Assembly (NCBI GenBank): GCA_051362555.1
Contig: CM120642.1
Location: 10,540,001 to 10,604,000, forward strand
DNA from: Lingula anatina
Taxonomy: Eukaryota > Animalia > Brachiopoda
Reading direction: 5' to 3'
Length of the DNA stretch: 64,000 bases
This document shows positions 48,801-62,200 of this stretch, piece by piece; the stretch's first letter is position 1, and the number at the start of each line of letters is the position of its first letter. A program made the position numbers and the translations under genes. Under the pieces are notes generated by a model. The model was given only the letters and a program-made list of their open reading frames with translations, had not been told where the DNA came from and did not search any database.

Positions 48801-51800
48801 TTCCTCCCAAACCTAAGTCATATGCCTGATATTGAGAATAAACCATTTTGGTCCAGCATTTACTTCTTAAATCTAAATGACATCAAATGTATTATGGAAT
48901 ATGGTACTGGTGGCATATTGTGATTTCAACTTGATTTTAAACCAGTGTGTTGTTAGATTTTGTAAGATCACCAGTTGCAGTTTTGTGACTTTGTTACAGC
49001 ATAAAATTCTGTATTTGGCAAATGACTGCATGTCATTTCTTTTAAGACCTACAAAAATGGTTTGAGTGAACACTTGTGCCTGTATTCAATTCTCCACTCA
49101 GCCATTATTTAGAATTCATGCAGGGAAGCTATGCCTGTATTTTTTAAAGAAATATTTATACCTTTCTATTTATTCCCTGCACATCTTGGAAAAGTATGTG
49201 TGAATATCTTACTGATGAAACAATTTATGTTTGTGTAAGTTGGGTTGGTCCTTTCTTATGACACATCCCTTTGCATGGAGACAGCTCACATGAGTCAATA
49301 CACTGACAGAGAGGGGGATAATTTGTTGATCTGCAATCCTCATCGGTCTGCATGTACATCAGACTCTTAACATGATAGCCTGGCTATTAATAAGTCTCTC
49401 TCAAAAATGTTATCATACTATAATGTGTACTGCACAATGTGAAAGTTTGTGAATGCTTGAATAGAAGGCTTATTTATGAAGATGGCATTAATGAGTTTGA
49501 AAATAATTATGCATTCTAGCTTACAGAATCTGTGTATGTCTTATTCATTACCTGTGACAGGTAATAATAAAGATGATTTGGCCAAATTCCAAACTTATGT
49601 AGCAAACTTTGTTTATTCTTGTATTTTTGCCAAATATAAATAAAAGATGTTTCAATATTTAAACTTTTATTTCATTCATAATCTCTACCCAGTTAATGCT
49701 TCATTGATACTGCAGCTTATGCTTTGTACATAACAATATGTTAATTAATAATAACAGTTGGATAGTACATGTTAATTTACTAAAGGGCTAGTTCTTAGAA
49801 AAACATGTTCGACATTAAAATATATTCTAAAAAAGTTTTCAAGTATTGCATTAGAATTGAATCTTTGGATGTATTTGACAAAATTATAAAATTATTGAAG
49901 AGTTGACAATGCACAGAAAATAAAGGCCTTGAGGCTCTCGCTGATCTCAGTCTTGTCACTTTAAATACATGTACATGGGCATTATAATATAAAACTGTTC
50001 ACTCGGTTTTGGTAAAAGGTGGTGGATCATGTGGTCATCGCTGCAAATTTTTTGTAGCAGTCTTTTACACAACTTGTCACACCGACATTGAAGTGATGCA
50101 GTATTGTAAGATTGGAGTGCTTCCTGGTATGAGTTTTCCAGACATAACTTGAGGCACTGTAATAGTAAAATTACATAAAATGGTTATAAAGAAAAAAATG
50201 TATTGATATTATCATAACAGCACTATTCTTTAACAAAAATCAACAAATTAGAGGGCATGATCACTACATGATAACCAGCTTATTATAAAGAAGCAAGTCT
50301 GATTATGGCAAAAAAAAAAATTAAATTTAAATATCTGCAGCTGCATTAAATCATAAAGGCCACAAGAAGAAATAACATAATCACACATGGTTTCAAAGAA
50401 CTGATGTAAAAAAATCACACTAATATTCCCCACTTGGAATTAGAATTTTGACTAGCTAATTTACTACAGTAAAGTGCTAAACCGTACCAAATGGCACTGT
50501 TCACCCTCTAAAATACCAAAGTTTTAAGCAGGCCCAAGACCCCACGCCAACTAGGGGAGGTCGGCTTTGCATCCGCGGACCCCCCCCCCCCCCCTTTCAA
50601 ATAATCCTGGATCCGCCCATGTTATACTGCTAAAATTATTAACATACCTGATCTCTTCACTCGTGCTTGAAGGGGTGTATCACCCAATTCCTCCTCTGAA
50701 AGGCTAAAAAATCATTCCTTATAATCATATTCATTGACAATATTATTAAATTTACAAATAAGCTAACGTAGTTACGTGCCGTACAAAGAACACCCTCTAA
50801 CCCCACTAGTACTCGAGTTACATTGTATATCTCATGGGATTCCCCTGCGAGAATATGGTGTGAGGTTAGTCTGTAAGTACTGGTAGATGACCACATTGAG
50901 CAGAAAAGGGTATTCCTCCTGCTTTACAGAACTATACACCTCAGGGGTAAAGTGCACTATCTCGCTTCATATAACTAGTACTACGTACCCAGTGCGAGTG
51001 ATTTGGCTGCGAGTGCGTTACCCGAGGAAACGTTAATTATTAGCAGTTATCTACGCTTTTTAACTTCCTCTGCCAGACATTTTGATTTCCACTGCCATCT
51101 TCCCATTTTAAAGTACTTTTGGTAAATATAACTCGCTTACCTGCAAAGATTCGGTGAGCAATTCCTCTTCTCCTTCACGTCCACGCTCACCTTCGAAACG
51201 ACATGCTGTCTGCATTGTTTACATCTCGTATCTGAGTCGAGAAGCCGCGTTATTTCAAACTGTGTCAAGATGGCTGACGCCCGGGGTTCGAAAGTGGACG
51301 GTGAATATGATTCTTTTTTTCGATATTGATTAAGGCCATTTACCTGCCATTTTATGCTTTACCCATAGCAATTGTTCTCAGATAAGTTAAAAAAGAAGCA
51401 ATCCATGCACTAAAAAGGCGTTTTTAATCCTATTTTTTGTCCCTTTAAGCCAAATGAATAAAATGTTGTCTGGAATGAAAGTATTAGAAAATGATCAAAA
51501 ATGTCAAGAAGACTTTTTACACTAATCTTTCTTTTTCTATTTGTGTTAGGAGGGATTTAGATACAATGGCTTACATGTATGTGCTATGAGGAACAGACCA
51601 GACATGTGTCGCCTCCTATTGGACACTTTGGAAGATCCTGCTTTCATAAAATTACTGTATACAAATGACACAGAAGAAACAAGAAATTCCAGAATAGACT
51701 TTTTGGTAGACTTGTACCTGAATACACCAGATAAGGGAGTAAGTTAGGTCATCCAAAGAAGTTCCTTTTTGAACTTTTGAATTCAGTTTAAGAAAATTGG

Positions 51801-54800
51801 TTACATTAATCAATGTTATGCATATTTCCGATACTCATTAGCAGGTTTATCAACATTTTTGGTTTTTTGTTTATATGTTCATGTATGTGGGCTACATAAA
51901 TGATGTAAGTATGCAAAGGTTACTTATTCAAATATGAATTTTAATTACAATTTTCCTATAAATAAAAAATGGATAGACAAATCAATGCAGCACAATTCTT
52001 ACTTTAGATTTCATTCTTTGTCCCAGGTCTGTGAAACACCACTTCATTTTGCCTGCAAATTTGGACATGTGGAAATTGTGGAAATTTTGACATCTCATCC
52101 TAAGTTATTGAAAAACATGAGGAACAAATATGGAGAATTGCCAGTAGACGTATGTCTGTATTTAATGCTAAAAAGAATTGGTTAACTTTGAATTTCAAAA
52201 ATTATCTGATAAGTTTTGGTTTTATTAAATACAGTTGTTCAGGAGAATATTGCATTTGATGTCTTAATGGTAGTGTATAAAGGGATTTTTTTGTTTGTTT
52301 GTTCCTGCCAGACATCATCGTTATTAATCAAATTATTGGCTGTTGTAATTCTTTTGACTTTTTTTTTGCTCTCACATAGGGTCTTTTTTTTCTGTATCAT
52401 TGTAGGTGGTATGCTCGAGAATAAAAGATAAATCAAAAGAAAAGGAAGCTAGAGCAAACATTGAGGAATTATTGCAAGGTAAGAGAATTATTTCATTACT
52501 TAAAATACAATCTTTATTTTTTAATGATAAACTCCATGCTTCCCTCTTTCTCCAACCTCTATCACCTCTTTATTCTCCTGAGATATGGTAATAAAATTGA
52601 AAATGATTTGATAATTATATTGAAACAAAATCAACATTAAAAGATTAATAACATTTTGTTAATCTTCAAATGTTACATCAAGGCCACATTTATTATTTGA
52701 TACTTGAAGCAATACTGCTGTATCCCTGTTATCTTATATTTCTTGAAAGGAATCTTATAAACAAAATTTTATCTTTCCAGATCATTATTACGTCCCTCTC
52801 TTGCGCTCTGCAGACAACACCTTGCCACCAACCATTGGTGAACCCTGGTCACCTGACCACACTGACTTTGTCCATGTTCCTGGCACACCTGAACATGGCA
52901 GACATGGCAGTCCCAGAGATCCTAAGCTGGAAGTCAAGGCCTATGCTGGACCTATGCTGTCAAACAAGGTATGGTTCTTGGTGGTGTTGTGTGATTTGGG
53001 ATTTTTAAAAGAACAGTTTATGTTGCCGGTCAGGATGACTTTTGTTCTTTCAGTGGATCATATAAGCAAAATCAATTTTTTAGTCAAATTCACAGCGGAA
53101 TTATTTTCTAATGGAGATGAAAATGTTTTTGTGTAGCTCAACTGGTGCATAACTGCATATGCAAGTGTGCAGGGGAAAATTGTATAGATGTAATATTGTC
53201 ATATTAAGTTGGGTCAGGTTTTCTATAAGACTTACAGGCATAGTTAGAATCTGTTGGAAAAGTAAATATCTTGTTCAGTTATGAGTATTACTAATAGGAA
53301 AAAATGAATACATTGTTGAGTCCATAGTCATTTCAGTTGTTTTGCAGTGTAACTGTTGTTTATACTATTTATTGAAGGTTTTTCTTTAATTTAGGCAGAA
53401 CTTTTTAGAAGAAAATGGAGCACCCCTTCATCAGGTGGAAGGAAAAAATATTTTCAGATTAAGCGGGGTGATGGTGATAAGGGAATGGAGAGGATTGGGA
53501 GGTGACAAATTTCAATTTTTCTACAAAAAAATAGCTACTATTAGAATTCATTCTTCGTGAAATGTAAAGCAGTACTGTTTGTAAATTTTTTCACTTGGCA
53601 TGTGTGTCTCTCAGAGCCTTGGCCACAGCTAGATACACTAATAGTTGTAAGATAATGAATGCGTCTTCATATTATTTAGGATTGTGGGACTACCCGGTAT
53701 TTTACAAAATATTTTGATATTTCTAAGGACAAAAATTACTGTAGACAAAGATTTTCAATGCATTTTTCAATAAGATCTTACATAAAATGGTTTTAGTTCA
53801 CTTTAGATGGATAGTTTTACCATTTTGATTGAACCTCTTCGAAAAAACCCCAATAAATGACATTTGTTTGGCATTTTAGAGACCTAGCTATAGAGCTTGG
53901 AGTACCATGGACTGAATATTGGAATTTCCTTGATAAGAATGTGAATATTTCTTCACCAGAAGGCTTAAGATTGCTAGAGGAGTATCTTAGCAAGAAATCT
54001 GAGCAAATACCAGATGATGTTGATGCCTTGATGGAACTGACCAGTGAGATGAGTTTAAATGACTCCTCTGCAGCGTGGTCGCCTGTTGGTAGTAAATCCC
54101 TACAGCGAGATGGTTTGGTTGATCGAAGTGCAAGACCAGATCTTGATGGAATAAGTGTCAATCTATTTGCAGCTGATAAACAAGACTTGAAAAATGAAAT
54201 GGATGTTGTTGATGGTGACATGGGTAAAGGGAAATCTAAACATGTTCTCAATGATTCAGCAGAGTATGAAAGGGCTCTGAACTCTATGACTGAGAAATTT
54301 TCCAGAATAAACTTGGACTTGAGTTATAGCTCTGATAACTCTGGAAGATATTCTACTCAAAATAATTTTTCAGCGTCACCTGCTGTGAAAATAACCAGCT
54401 CAAATGATTCCAAATCTATATTTACAAATCTAGAGGAGAAGGAAAACTTGAAAGATGATTCAAAGATCACAGTAGCTAGTAAAAATGAAGCAAGAGGAGA
54501 GTCTTTCGCAACGACTGAGATTTCGGAAAGTGGTCAGGTTTCTCCTTCCAATCCATCAAAGGTTTCTAAACTTTTTGGTGCTTTGTGGAGCATGACTAGT
54601 TATATCCCTGTCCCGGGATTTTTGAGGAGAAAGTCTGCACCACCACCACCACCTTCAGATGATAATGTTGAGGATGGAGAAAGGAACGTGGAGGAGGAAG
54701 AGGATGTGAAGGATTTGGACCAATCAGATAGTGATAGTGACTCTCCTGATTTATACAGTGCTGCAAGACCTGTTTTTATACATGGGTAGGTCTCTTTCGG

Positions 54801-55657
54801 TCTTCCTTCATGTCTTTAAATGTTCTTATTCAAATTTTTCCTAGTATGGTCAACATTAATATCAAAATTTGGGGGAAATTGAAGTTTCTGTCTAACCAGA
54901 GATGTGTTTCTTTTTTTGGGATTTCCTCAGGAAAGTATTTTAAGTGGCAATTCGGGCGTGCTTTGTTCATGTAAAGAGTTGCTGCTGTCATATTCTGTCA
55001 TTGCAATGATTGGATTACTTTTCAATTACTTGTTATCAAAAATGAATTGAAAAAAATTCATTAGACTTTTTGAAGGAAGTGGTTTTGACGAAGGAGTGCA
55101 GCATTTGTAAAAACTGCATTTTATTATCACCTATTTTTTGTATTTTTAGAGTTCGTCCAACAAAGGAAGACATGGATGTTTACAGGGCTATTCAAAATGC
55201 TGTGATAAAGAGAAGAGACTTTCCACATGTACTAAAGTGGAAGAAACTTGTGCAGTCATTTGATGATGATGTGAAAGAAAGGTAATCTTGACGTGTTTTT
55301 TTTTTTTTTTTTTTTTGGGGGGGGGGGGTGTAGATTTATACATAATTGGGTCAGCGATTTCAACAAAAAACATAGATTGTGATCTCTGCTCGTGAAGCAG
55401 CGCACTGGTGTTTAAGAAGTCTTCAGCTCATAAAAAATGCATAAATGTTTATCATGCCATGGTTTTTCTCTCACTTTAGGTGGCCCAGTCCATCAAGAGC
55501 TAGAAGATTGGACTTTCTCAGCCAATCAGCACCAGCCAAGGCATTTACTGCTGGACATGTATCGACTCCAAACAGTCGCTTCACAGCAGCAGATATCAGT
55601 TTCAGCTCTCCACAGCTGCCGAGTAGGAGTAACAGTTTTCAGGGACAGGATACATAG
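42807..55657 (+). CDS. ANKLE2: Ankyrin repeat and LEM domain-containing protein 2 (LEM4)
   Basis: Exons 42807-43182, 43451-43617, 43842-44039, 51550-51738, 52027-52149, 52406-52478, 52781-52968, 53395-53501, 53880-54785, 55150-55281, 55480-55657 (2637 nt, 878 aa; in-frame upstream ATG at 42726). LEM domain [132 protein letters not shown]-terminal [12 protein letters not shown]...WPSP. Confidence 0.95.
45655..46100. mobile_element. HINE/Helentron-like element copy A, nested in the Kolobok-like element
   Basis: Terminal hairpin TGTACAGACAC-AGAT-GTGTCTGTACA, (GCCGAT/GTCGCC)n minirepeat, then ~145-bp internal repeats containing GGTCAAGTTCGAAAATCAGCAT. Confidence 0.65.
46051..46856. repeat. ~400-bp tandem duplication
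   Basis: TTTCACATTTCCTCAGATTCAA...CAGAACAGTGCTGTCTTG starts at about 46051 and again at about 46448. Confidence 0.85.
47097..47672. mobile_element. HINE/Helentron-like element copy B (three internal repeat units)
   Basis: Same family as 45655-46100: GATGTGTCTGTACATATTGCC, GCCGTC repeats, AAAACGCAGGTCAAGTTCGAAAATCAGC units, ending TCCTCAGATTCA..CTTAGGCATGTTAACAG. Confidence 0.65.
47900..48498 (+). mobile_element. 5'-truncated LINE (CR1/L2-group) 3' end, degenerate
   Basis: Translates with stops and frameshifts to [32 protein letters not shown]...[21 protein letters not shown], typical of the post-RT C-terminus of CR1/L2-type LINEs. Ends in AATAAA plus a (TTA)n tail. Confidence 0.8.
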
Positions 55658-57079
55658 TTTTTTTCTTCAATCACTGAATCTTAAATCTGTTATCTTGAAG
55701 ATATAGATACATGTACTCTTCCCTTCATGCCATTTTTAGCGGGTTCTTTGCTCACTGATGATAAAGAGGCAATATCCACATAAACTGAAGAGTAATTAAG
55801 GCTGATAATTTTGTCTGTTATTTATTACTCTTACTATGGAATAGTAGGTGAAAAATGTTGATTTAAAATGATGGAAGAGAATAGTTCTTCATTTGTCAAA
55901 ACCCGTGTTTTGAAAATTAAATTGGATATTCATGTTCTAATCTTTCTGTTAAATGGTAAGGATATTTAATATATAAATAATTAAGGAAAGAAGGCAGCTT
56001 GTACAGTTGTAGCCTTAAGTGCTTCATTTTCTCTTAATTTATCAACTCAGCATAAAATGCAACTGATAACTTATTGAAGTGTATAGTGATATATAATAAT
56101 AATGATATTAGTAATTAATCTAAAAGTAAACAATTGTGTTTTAAGATATGGCCCTCATGGAAGCATGTTCATTAAGTACTTGCCCAATTCATATGATGTA
56201 CCAATGATAGTCATTTTATGTTTCATATTTATTTGTTGATAACTTTAATAATTGCCATATAATTATTGTAGAAGTTTTTTTTTTTGACATGACAAACAAT
56301 ACGACTGATGCATTATGTCACTCTCTCACTCAGCCCTTCACATTTCCAAAAAAATGAGAGACTAAAGTGCTTAAAAAAAACTCAACAATTTATGAATTAG
56401 ACTAGGAATTTCATTTTGCATCAATTTCTTTATTTAACCAATGACTTCACGTTTTACAGCAATACATATTCATTGTACTACATAGATATTTTATGATCAT
56501 TTAAAATGCTCTTTAAATTTTCAATTTCAACCATGTGTTGAAATGGACACATGCAGCAAAACATAGCACCATTGTTATTATCATAATTGCACGATAAGAC
56601 ACCGATACATGTACATGTAGATCTTCAGTTTGTGATGATTTAAATCAAGTTGCCTAAGACTGAAAGCTGGGCTTTTACACAAGAGAGTTTACAGAAAGTA
56701 AATAGTCCTGAAGCTGGAGTAATATTTGACAGGAAATGCTCTTACATAAGATATTTTAACCATCTGTCAACTCTTGGTGGCAAGAATGTCACCTAGTTGT
56801 TGATCTGCTACAAATGTGCACACTGTGTATAAATTTCCAATTGTTGTGAACTTTAAAGTGTTTCCCAAAATTTGAAATTTCTCCAAGTATGTTCGTGGGT
56901 ATGAATACACTGTTCATTCAAAGGCTAGTTTCTGTATAATATCTTCAGTCTTCTGAAGTGACTAAACCTGTTCAATGTCTTAGCAAAGAAAACTGCAGTG
57001 TATTGTCAACAATGAACAATAAAAACCTGGCATAACCAACATACTTCTATTAATGATGAGTAGACGTGTGTTCATATAT

Positions 57080-59220
57080 CTAAGCCTGTGCAATATCTGT
57101 GAAGAACTGCAGAATGTCTTCCACACTAAACTCCAGGGTGATGTTAGACGCTGGGTAACACTTGGCAATCAGGTGTTCAAAATGTTTGTACTGCTTGAGA
57201 AACTCATCCTGCATTGAATGCCATACAACCTGGATTGATAAAACATTAATGTGATTATTCTTAATGAGGACAAAAAATGTAAATTTTTTTATATGAATGA
57301 CCTTTTCTAGCTACTTGACTATAATTTTGAACTGATTGATAGTTTTTTCCACAACTGGCCTGTTTATAATCCATTATATTTGACTATAAATTTTCAATTA
57401 TGTCCAAATTTTTTACCTGAAATAAGTTCTCTTCTTCACATAAGTGCTTTTCAACCTTCTTTCTCAAATGTTCCAAATTCTTCTTCACCTAAAAAAAGTA
57501 AAATTTACACTCAGCGCAGCTGGCTGAAATATCCAAGTTGGCACATGCCCAGCAGGAAAAGTCCAAACCTAACAATTATTTTTCATGATATTATTGCCAT
57601 TTATTATAAATCTAGATTCCTTTTCACACTTTATATCCCAATATGACATAGTGATTTTTTTTAAATTCTAAACCCTCTGTCACTGTTACATAAAATATTT
57701 CGAACATTCATCAATTTTCATAACTCACAAATACTTCATTTAATGACGTTAAATTCCTTTCCATTGCTACTTAATAATCTTTTTGAGATATAACAAAGTA
57801 ATTTTTGTAAATTTTATTATGGTATAGATAAAGTACGAGGCGCTGAGCTTTACGAGAAATAGAGCAGATAATTGGCGAGGCTTCGCCTCGCCAATTATCT
57901 GCTCTTTTTCTCGTAAAGCTCAGCGCCGAGTGCTTTATCTGGCTTAAAGCACGAGTAATTAACCCTGAGCATTGGTGCGTGGAACGCATTCGTGGATGTC
58001 GTGACTTTACACGAAAAAAAGCACGGCGCGACCCATTGTCTTTTGACAGGAGAGTGCTTTAAAGTAAAATAAATGATGCTGTATGCTTAACTCTCCATCC
58101 CTTACCTCTTTCCCAGGATATTCTTTGATGACTTTTCTCAGCTCTTGTTTGCTGTAGGCCAACTGGTACCCCACTTCATCTTCCTTTACTCCTGAGGCCA
58201 CCTTGCTCTCAATACCTTCAAAAAATGTCTACAAACACAAAGCGTCTGAGCATCACTCACTGTATTACAATGCATAAATGTTATTAATAATTCTGAAAGT
58301 ATGTTTTGTATTGGAGTAAAAAAGAGGGAAACACAATTTAAAAGTCGTATTTGTTAATTTAACATCTGAAGAAAATTGTGTAATTATTCTGAAGTAATGA
58401 AATCAAGTACAACACAGGTAACAAAATAAAGGCATCTTGATATTTCTGCTCTTCTAAATTCTGTAAAAGTCACCCATAAAATAAATTCATAAATTTTTTT
58501 AGGAACTTGAACAAAATAATCTGATTTACAAAAATACACAGTATTTAACAAAAATTCAGTTTTAAAATATATTTCATTTCACTCTGTCTTCTTACATTGA
58601 GTTTCTCCAAGGGTCTTCCCAGGTAAGTTGTCACATAGGCCTGTAGGTGCTCTTGGTACCTCTGTCTGGCATCTTTACGTTCTTTTTCCAAACAGCTGAT
58701 CTTTAATTGGGATAATGTGGCATACAAATGGTGATAATTTTCTGAAGAAAAAATAATTTAAAACTGACGTATCATTTTTCTTATCACAGTGAAAATGTAC
58801 TAAAGCTTATTCTTAAACATTATCATCAAATTAAATTATAAATTTATATAAAACTAATAAATTATGAGCAAGATCGGGTATATTTCATACTATTATAATC
58901 AATATGTGGTATTTATTGCCTTGAAATTAAAATTAATTATTTTTCAATACTTTATCCATTGAGGCAAATGTTCATAGACTGTTTCAAGACTGCTGTGACC
59001 TGTTAAAGGTAACATAATTCAAATTCACAAAGAACCAAACAGCAATGCCCTGTTTTCTTACCCATAAGGACCACATCTTTGGGAGTCTTGGGGTGATCTG
59101 TGCTAATTCTCAGAAGCTGCTCAAAGACAGTTCTGATGAGTTTGCTGTAAGCTTTATCAAGGTCAGCTCTCCTGTCTGAACCTTGGAATATAGCCTCTGC
59201 CTGGTGGGCAAAATCCTGAA

Positions 59221-59255
<35 letters not shown>

Positions 59256-62200
59256 ATATGATAAGTTCCAACTTCAAACATATGATCATGGGAATGGATG
59301 CAAATTTTCAAAGTTAGAAAAAAATTACTTATATCATACAAAAAAGGATGAAAATATGTAAAAACAGAGAGAAATGGAAAAATAAATCTACAAATTGTAA
59401 AAACGTAATTCATTTTCCACTTCATTCCCTCAAACTTATAATTAGGTAATTGTTTACTTTCTCGCACTTACAATAAGCCCTTACCTCAAAGTGGTGTACA
59501 AACATCACAACACCACATTTATTCTTCTTAGAAATCCTATATTCCTCCACAGCTTTGATTCTGTGTAACTAAAACATGAAAATCATGAACATTTTAAATA
59601 CATAATAGGTATAATGTCACACATTTTGGAACCATGCAATATTAAAAATCATTACTTTAAAAATGTAATTTGCGCTATATAAAAGACGTAAAAATTGAAA
59701 CTGAGGGAGAGAATTAGAATTGAAGAATAAATTCAAAATTTTTTTTATTTCTACACCATTTCTGATGACCAAGAGGTAAATCTTATTACAATAGCTGTAC
59801 AACTGAAATTGGCTGTTTATTCTGACAACCAAGAAAATACCCGTAAGGATGCAGATCCCTTTAAGTTTTAAGCTGAACTTTTGATCAATAGATTTACATG
59901 TAAGCCAACCATAGAGAAATTTTTCTTTTACTTAAGCAGTTTGATTTTTAAAGCCTTGTTCATATCGCAATTTTCAGACAACTAAAATCTTTAGTTCACT
60001 CTATTCACTATGGTGAGATGAAAATTTTGTTTGAGTTATATCATATATCAACCGATAAGAAATCAAAATAATAAATGCTTGCAAAATAAATAATGAATAC
60101 TTACAATGAATCTATCAAAGTTTCTTTTAATATTGACCAGAACATTGGCAAACACTTTGCTCAGGAAGGAACCAGCATCCTGGGCATGGATGACATGTTG
60201 GCTCATACGGACCAACATATACATGGAATTACTGCAACAGATAAACATGATTGTTCACAGTAATCTTTTAGCATTTATTATTCATACATGTTTGCATAAT
60301 CAGTTGGGTATTCCCTAAAATGAAATAACTTGCATAATTTAATATTCATAGGTAAAATAACGAAAGGATCATCAACTTTTTCTCTGTCTTTTCACAATTT
60401 ATCATTGTCAGACAATGAACATGTTAAGTAAGTTCAGATACAATGCGCGTTGCCAAAAGCTGATGAACAATATACACAGTTCTTATCTATATATCAGTTT
60501 TTTCTTTTAATTCCACTCTCCAGCCTCATGTGAAGCCTGTTTCAGTCAGATGGCAACTGGCTGAAAAACGTAACGTCATGGCGGTTATTTGAAACTTTTC
60601 AGTGAGTCCGCGTCACGAAGTAGCGCCGTTTCTGGACATGTGAGATGGCCGACGTGAAAAACCATACCTTGCAAATAATGCTCTATTAAAATCAAACAAG
60701 GTCACTCTGTGAAGTCATTTTATATAGACATGTAGAAAAACATGCGCTGTTACCAGTGGTTACAAAGGATTACACAATTGGCCATTTTTTATGAATGAAA
60801 TACGGACACGATTTTAGGACTTTGGAAAAAAATGAACCAAAAAATGTATCTCGTAGGGGGTGGGACTATAATGCGAGGAAAAAAGTTGCCAGCCTGAACT
60901 TTTATCATTTTTAGATATGTGTTAAAATATCATCTTAGGTTTAAAATTTCAAAGTTTCAAGAATGCGTTATCTCTAGTATAGTCACACTGCTCCCGAATT
61001 CAACAGTCAACGAAAAAAACGGGGGAAAATGACGTTTCTTGATACCTCTGTAAAACGGTGAAATTTCTCGACCTTGATACTGTTGAAAGTTGAAAATTTT
61101 ATTCAAATGTAATGAAAACTAACCTAAGAACAATGTTGAGTCTGACGCAACCGATTTAAACTAGTTCCAGTATTTTTCTGAACGACCTTCACCTATCCTT
61201 GATGCGTGGCATGCGAAAGGCATCCCTGTGCCTTTGCATGAGCATTTTGATAATTGCTCCTATTCTGAAAGATTTTATCAATGGGATTTTATCATTTATA
61301 CAAAAACTGATCCTAAGATAGGGGCCTGGGTTTATGTATTATGATATCATTTATGCAGGAGGTTATATGTTGGTCACCTATTTATAAATTTTTTCGTAAA
61401 CAAGTTTGACAAGTGAAAAAATGTATCCAAAAAGTATCAAAGATTCAAATGCCACATCTCTACTGGCTGGGTAGCTTAGTCCATAGTTGCAAAATGAAGG
61501 GGGTGTGGGAATAATAGAAGAACCAAGATTTTTTTTAAATTTAAAATTTGACTTGACATATTACGATCGGTTTTTGAAGAATATCTTAAGCTGGAAATTT
61601 TAGGCTTTCCATGACAAATATATAGTTCTTCTTTTTCCTTAAAAGCCTTTTTTTTTTTTTTTTTTTTTTTGTTCTTGTATCCTACTAATAGAACTCCTCC
61701 ACACCACTGGAAAAACTATCGAAGTCGGTTTATTTTCATTATTTTTACTATATGAATAAACAACATACAGTGTAAGCAGAGCCGCAGTCCGCAATGGTAA
61801 ACAGAATGAATATGTTGTGTTCAGTTTTCTCGTAACTTAGGATTGTGCAGATTAAACTTATGGCAGCAAATTTCGAGGAGGATTCGCATCACTCGATCGG
61901 CTTGTTTTGTGCAGGTGCGAAACCGCTCGATAAACATCCGTCTTTTGAAATAAGACATCTAGAAAGGTAAAATGAGTTAAACACCTCAGATATTATTTAT
62001 TATACTAAAAAGGCCATTTTATTGTGCAAATAAGTGAAAAGTATTTTACTTCTCGAAATTTAATGAAATCTTCAGACCTTCACTTGCTTCTGTATTGGAG
62101 AATATGACGTCAGAATATGGATGACATCTAGCGGAATAGAGTCAAAAAATGTACTTCAACAGCTCGCATAAAAAGTTGCTACAATAAACTTCGATGAAAC

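Larger units (their letters stand above)
44272..51444. mobile_element. Degenerate ~7.2-kb Kolobok-like DNA transposon in ANKLE2 intron 3
   Basis: TTAA at 44268-44271 and 51445-51448. Inverted termini AAGGACACAAAAGAGGATT / AATCCTATTTTTTGTCCCT (RR...YY). CpG-rich ends and broken coding relics inside (acidic [17 protein letters not shown] near 47730-47800; [16 protein letters not shown] near 48650). Confidence 0.7.
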
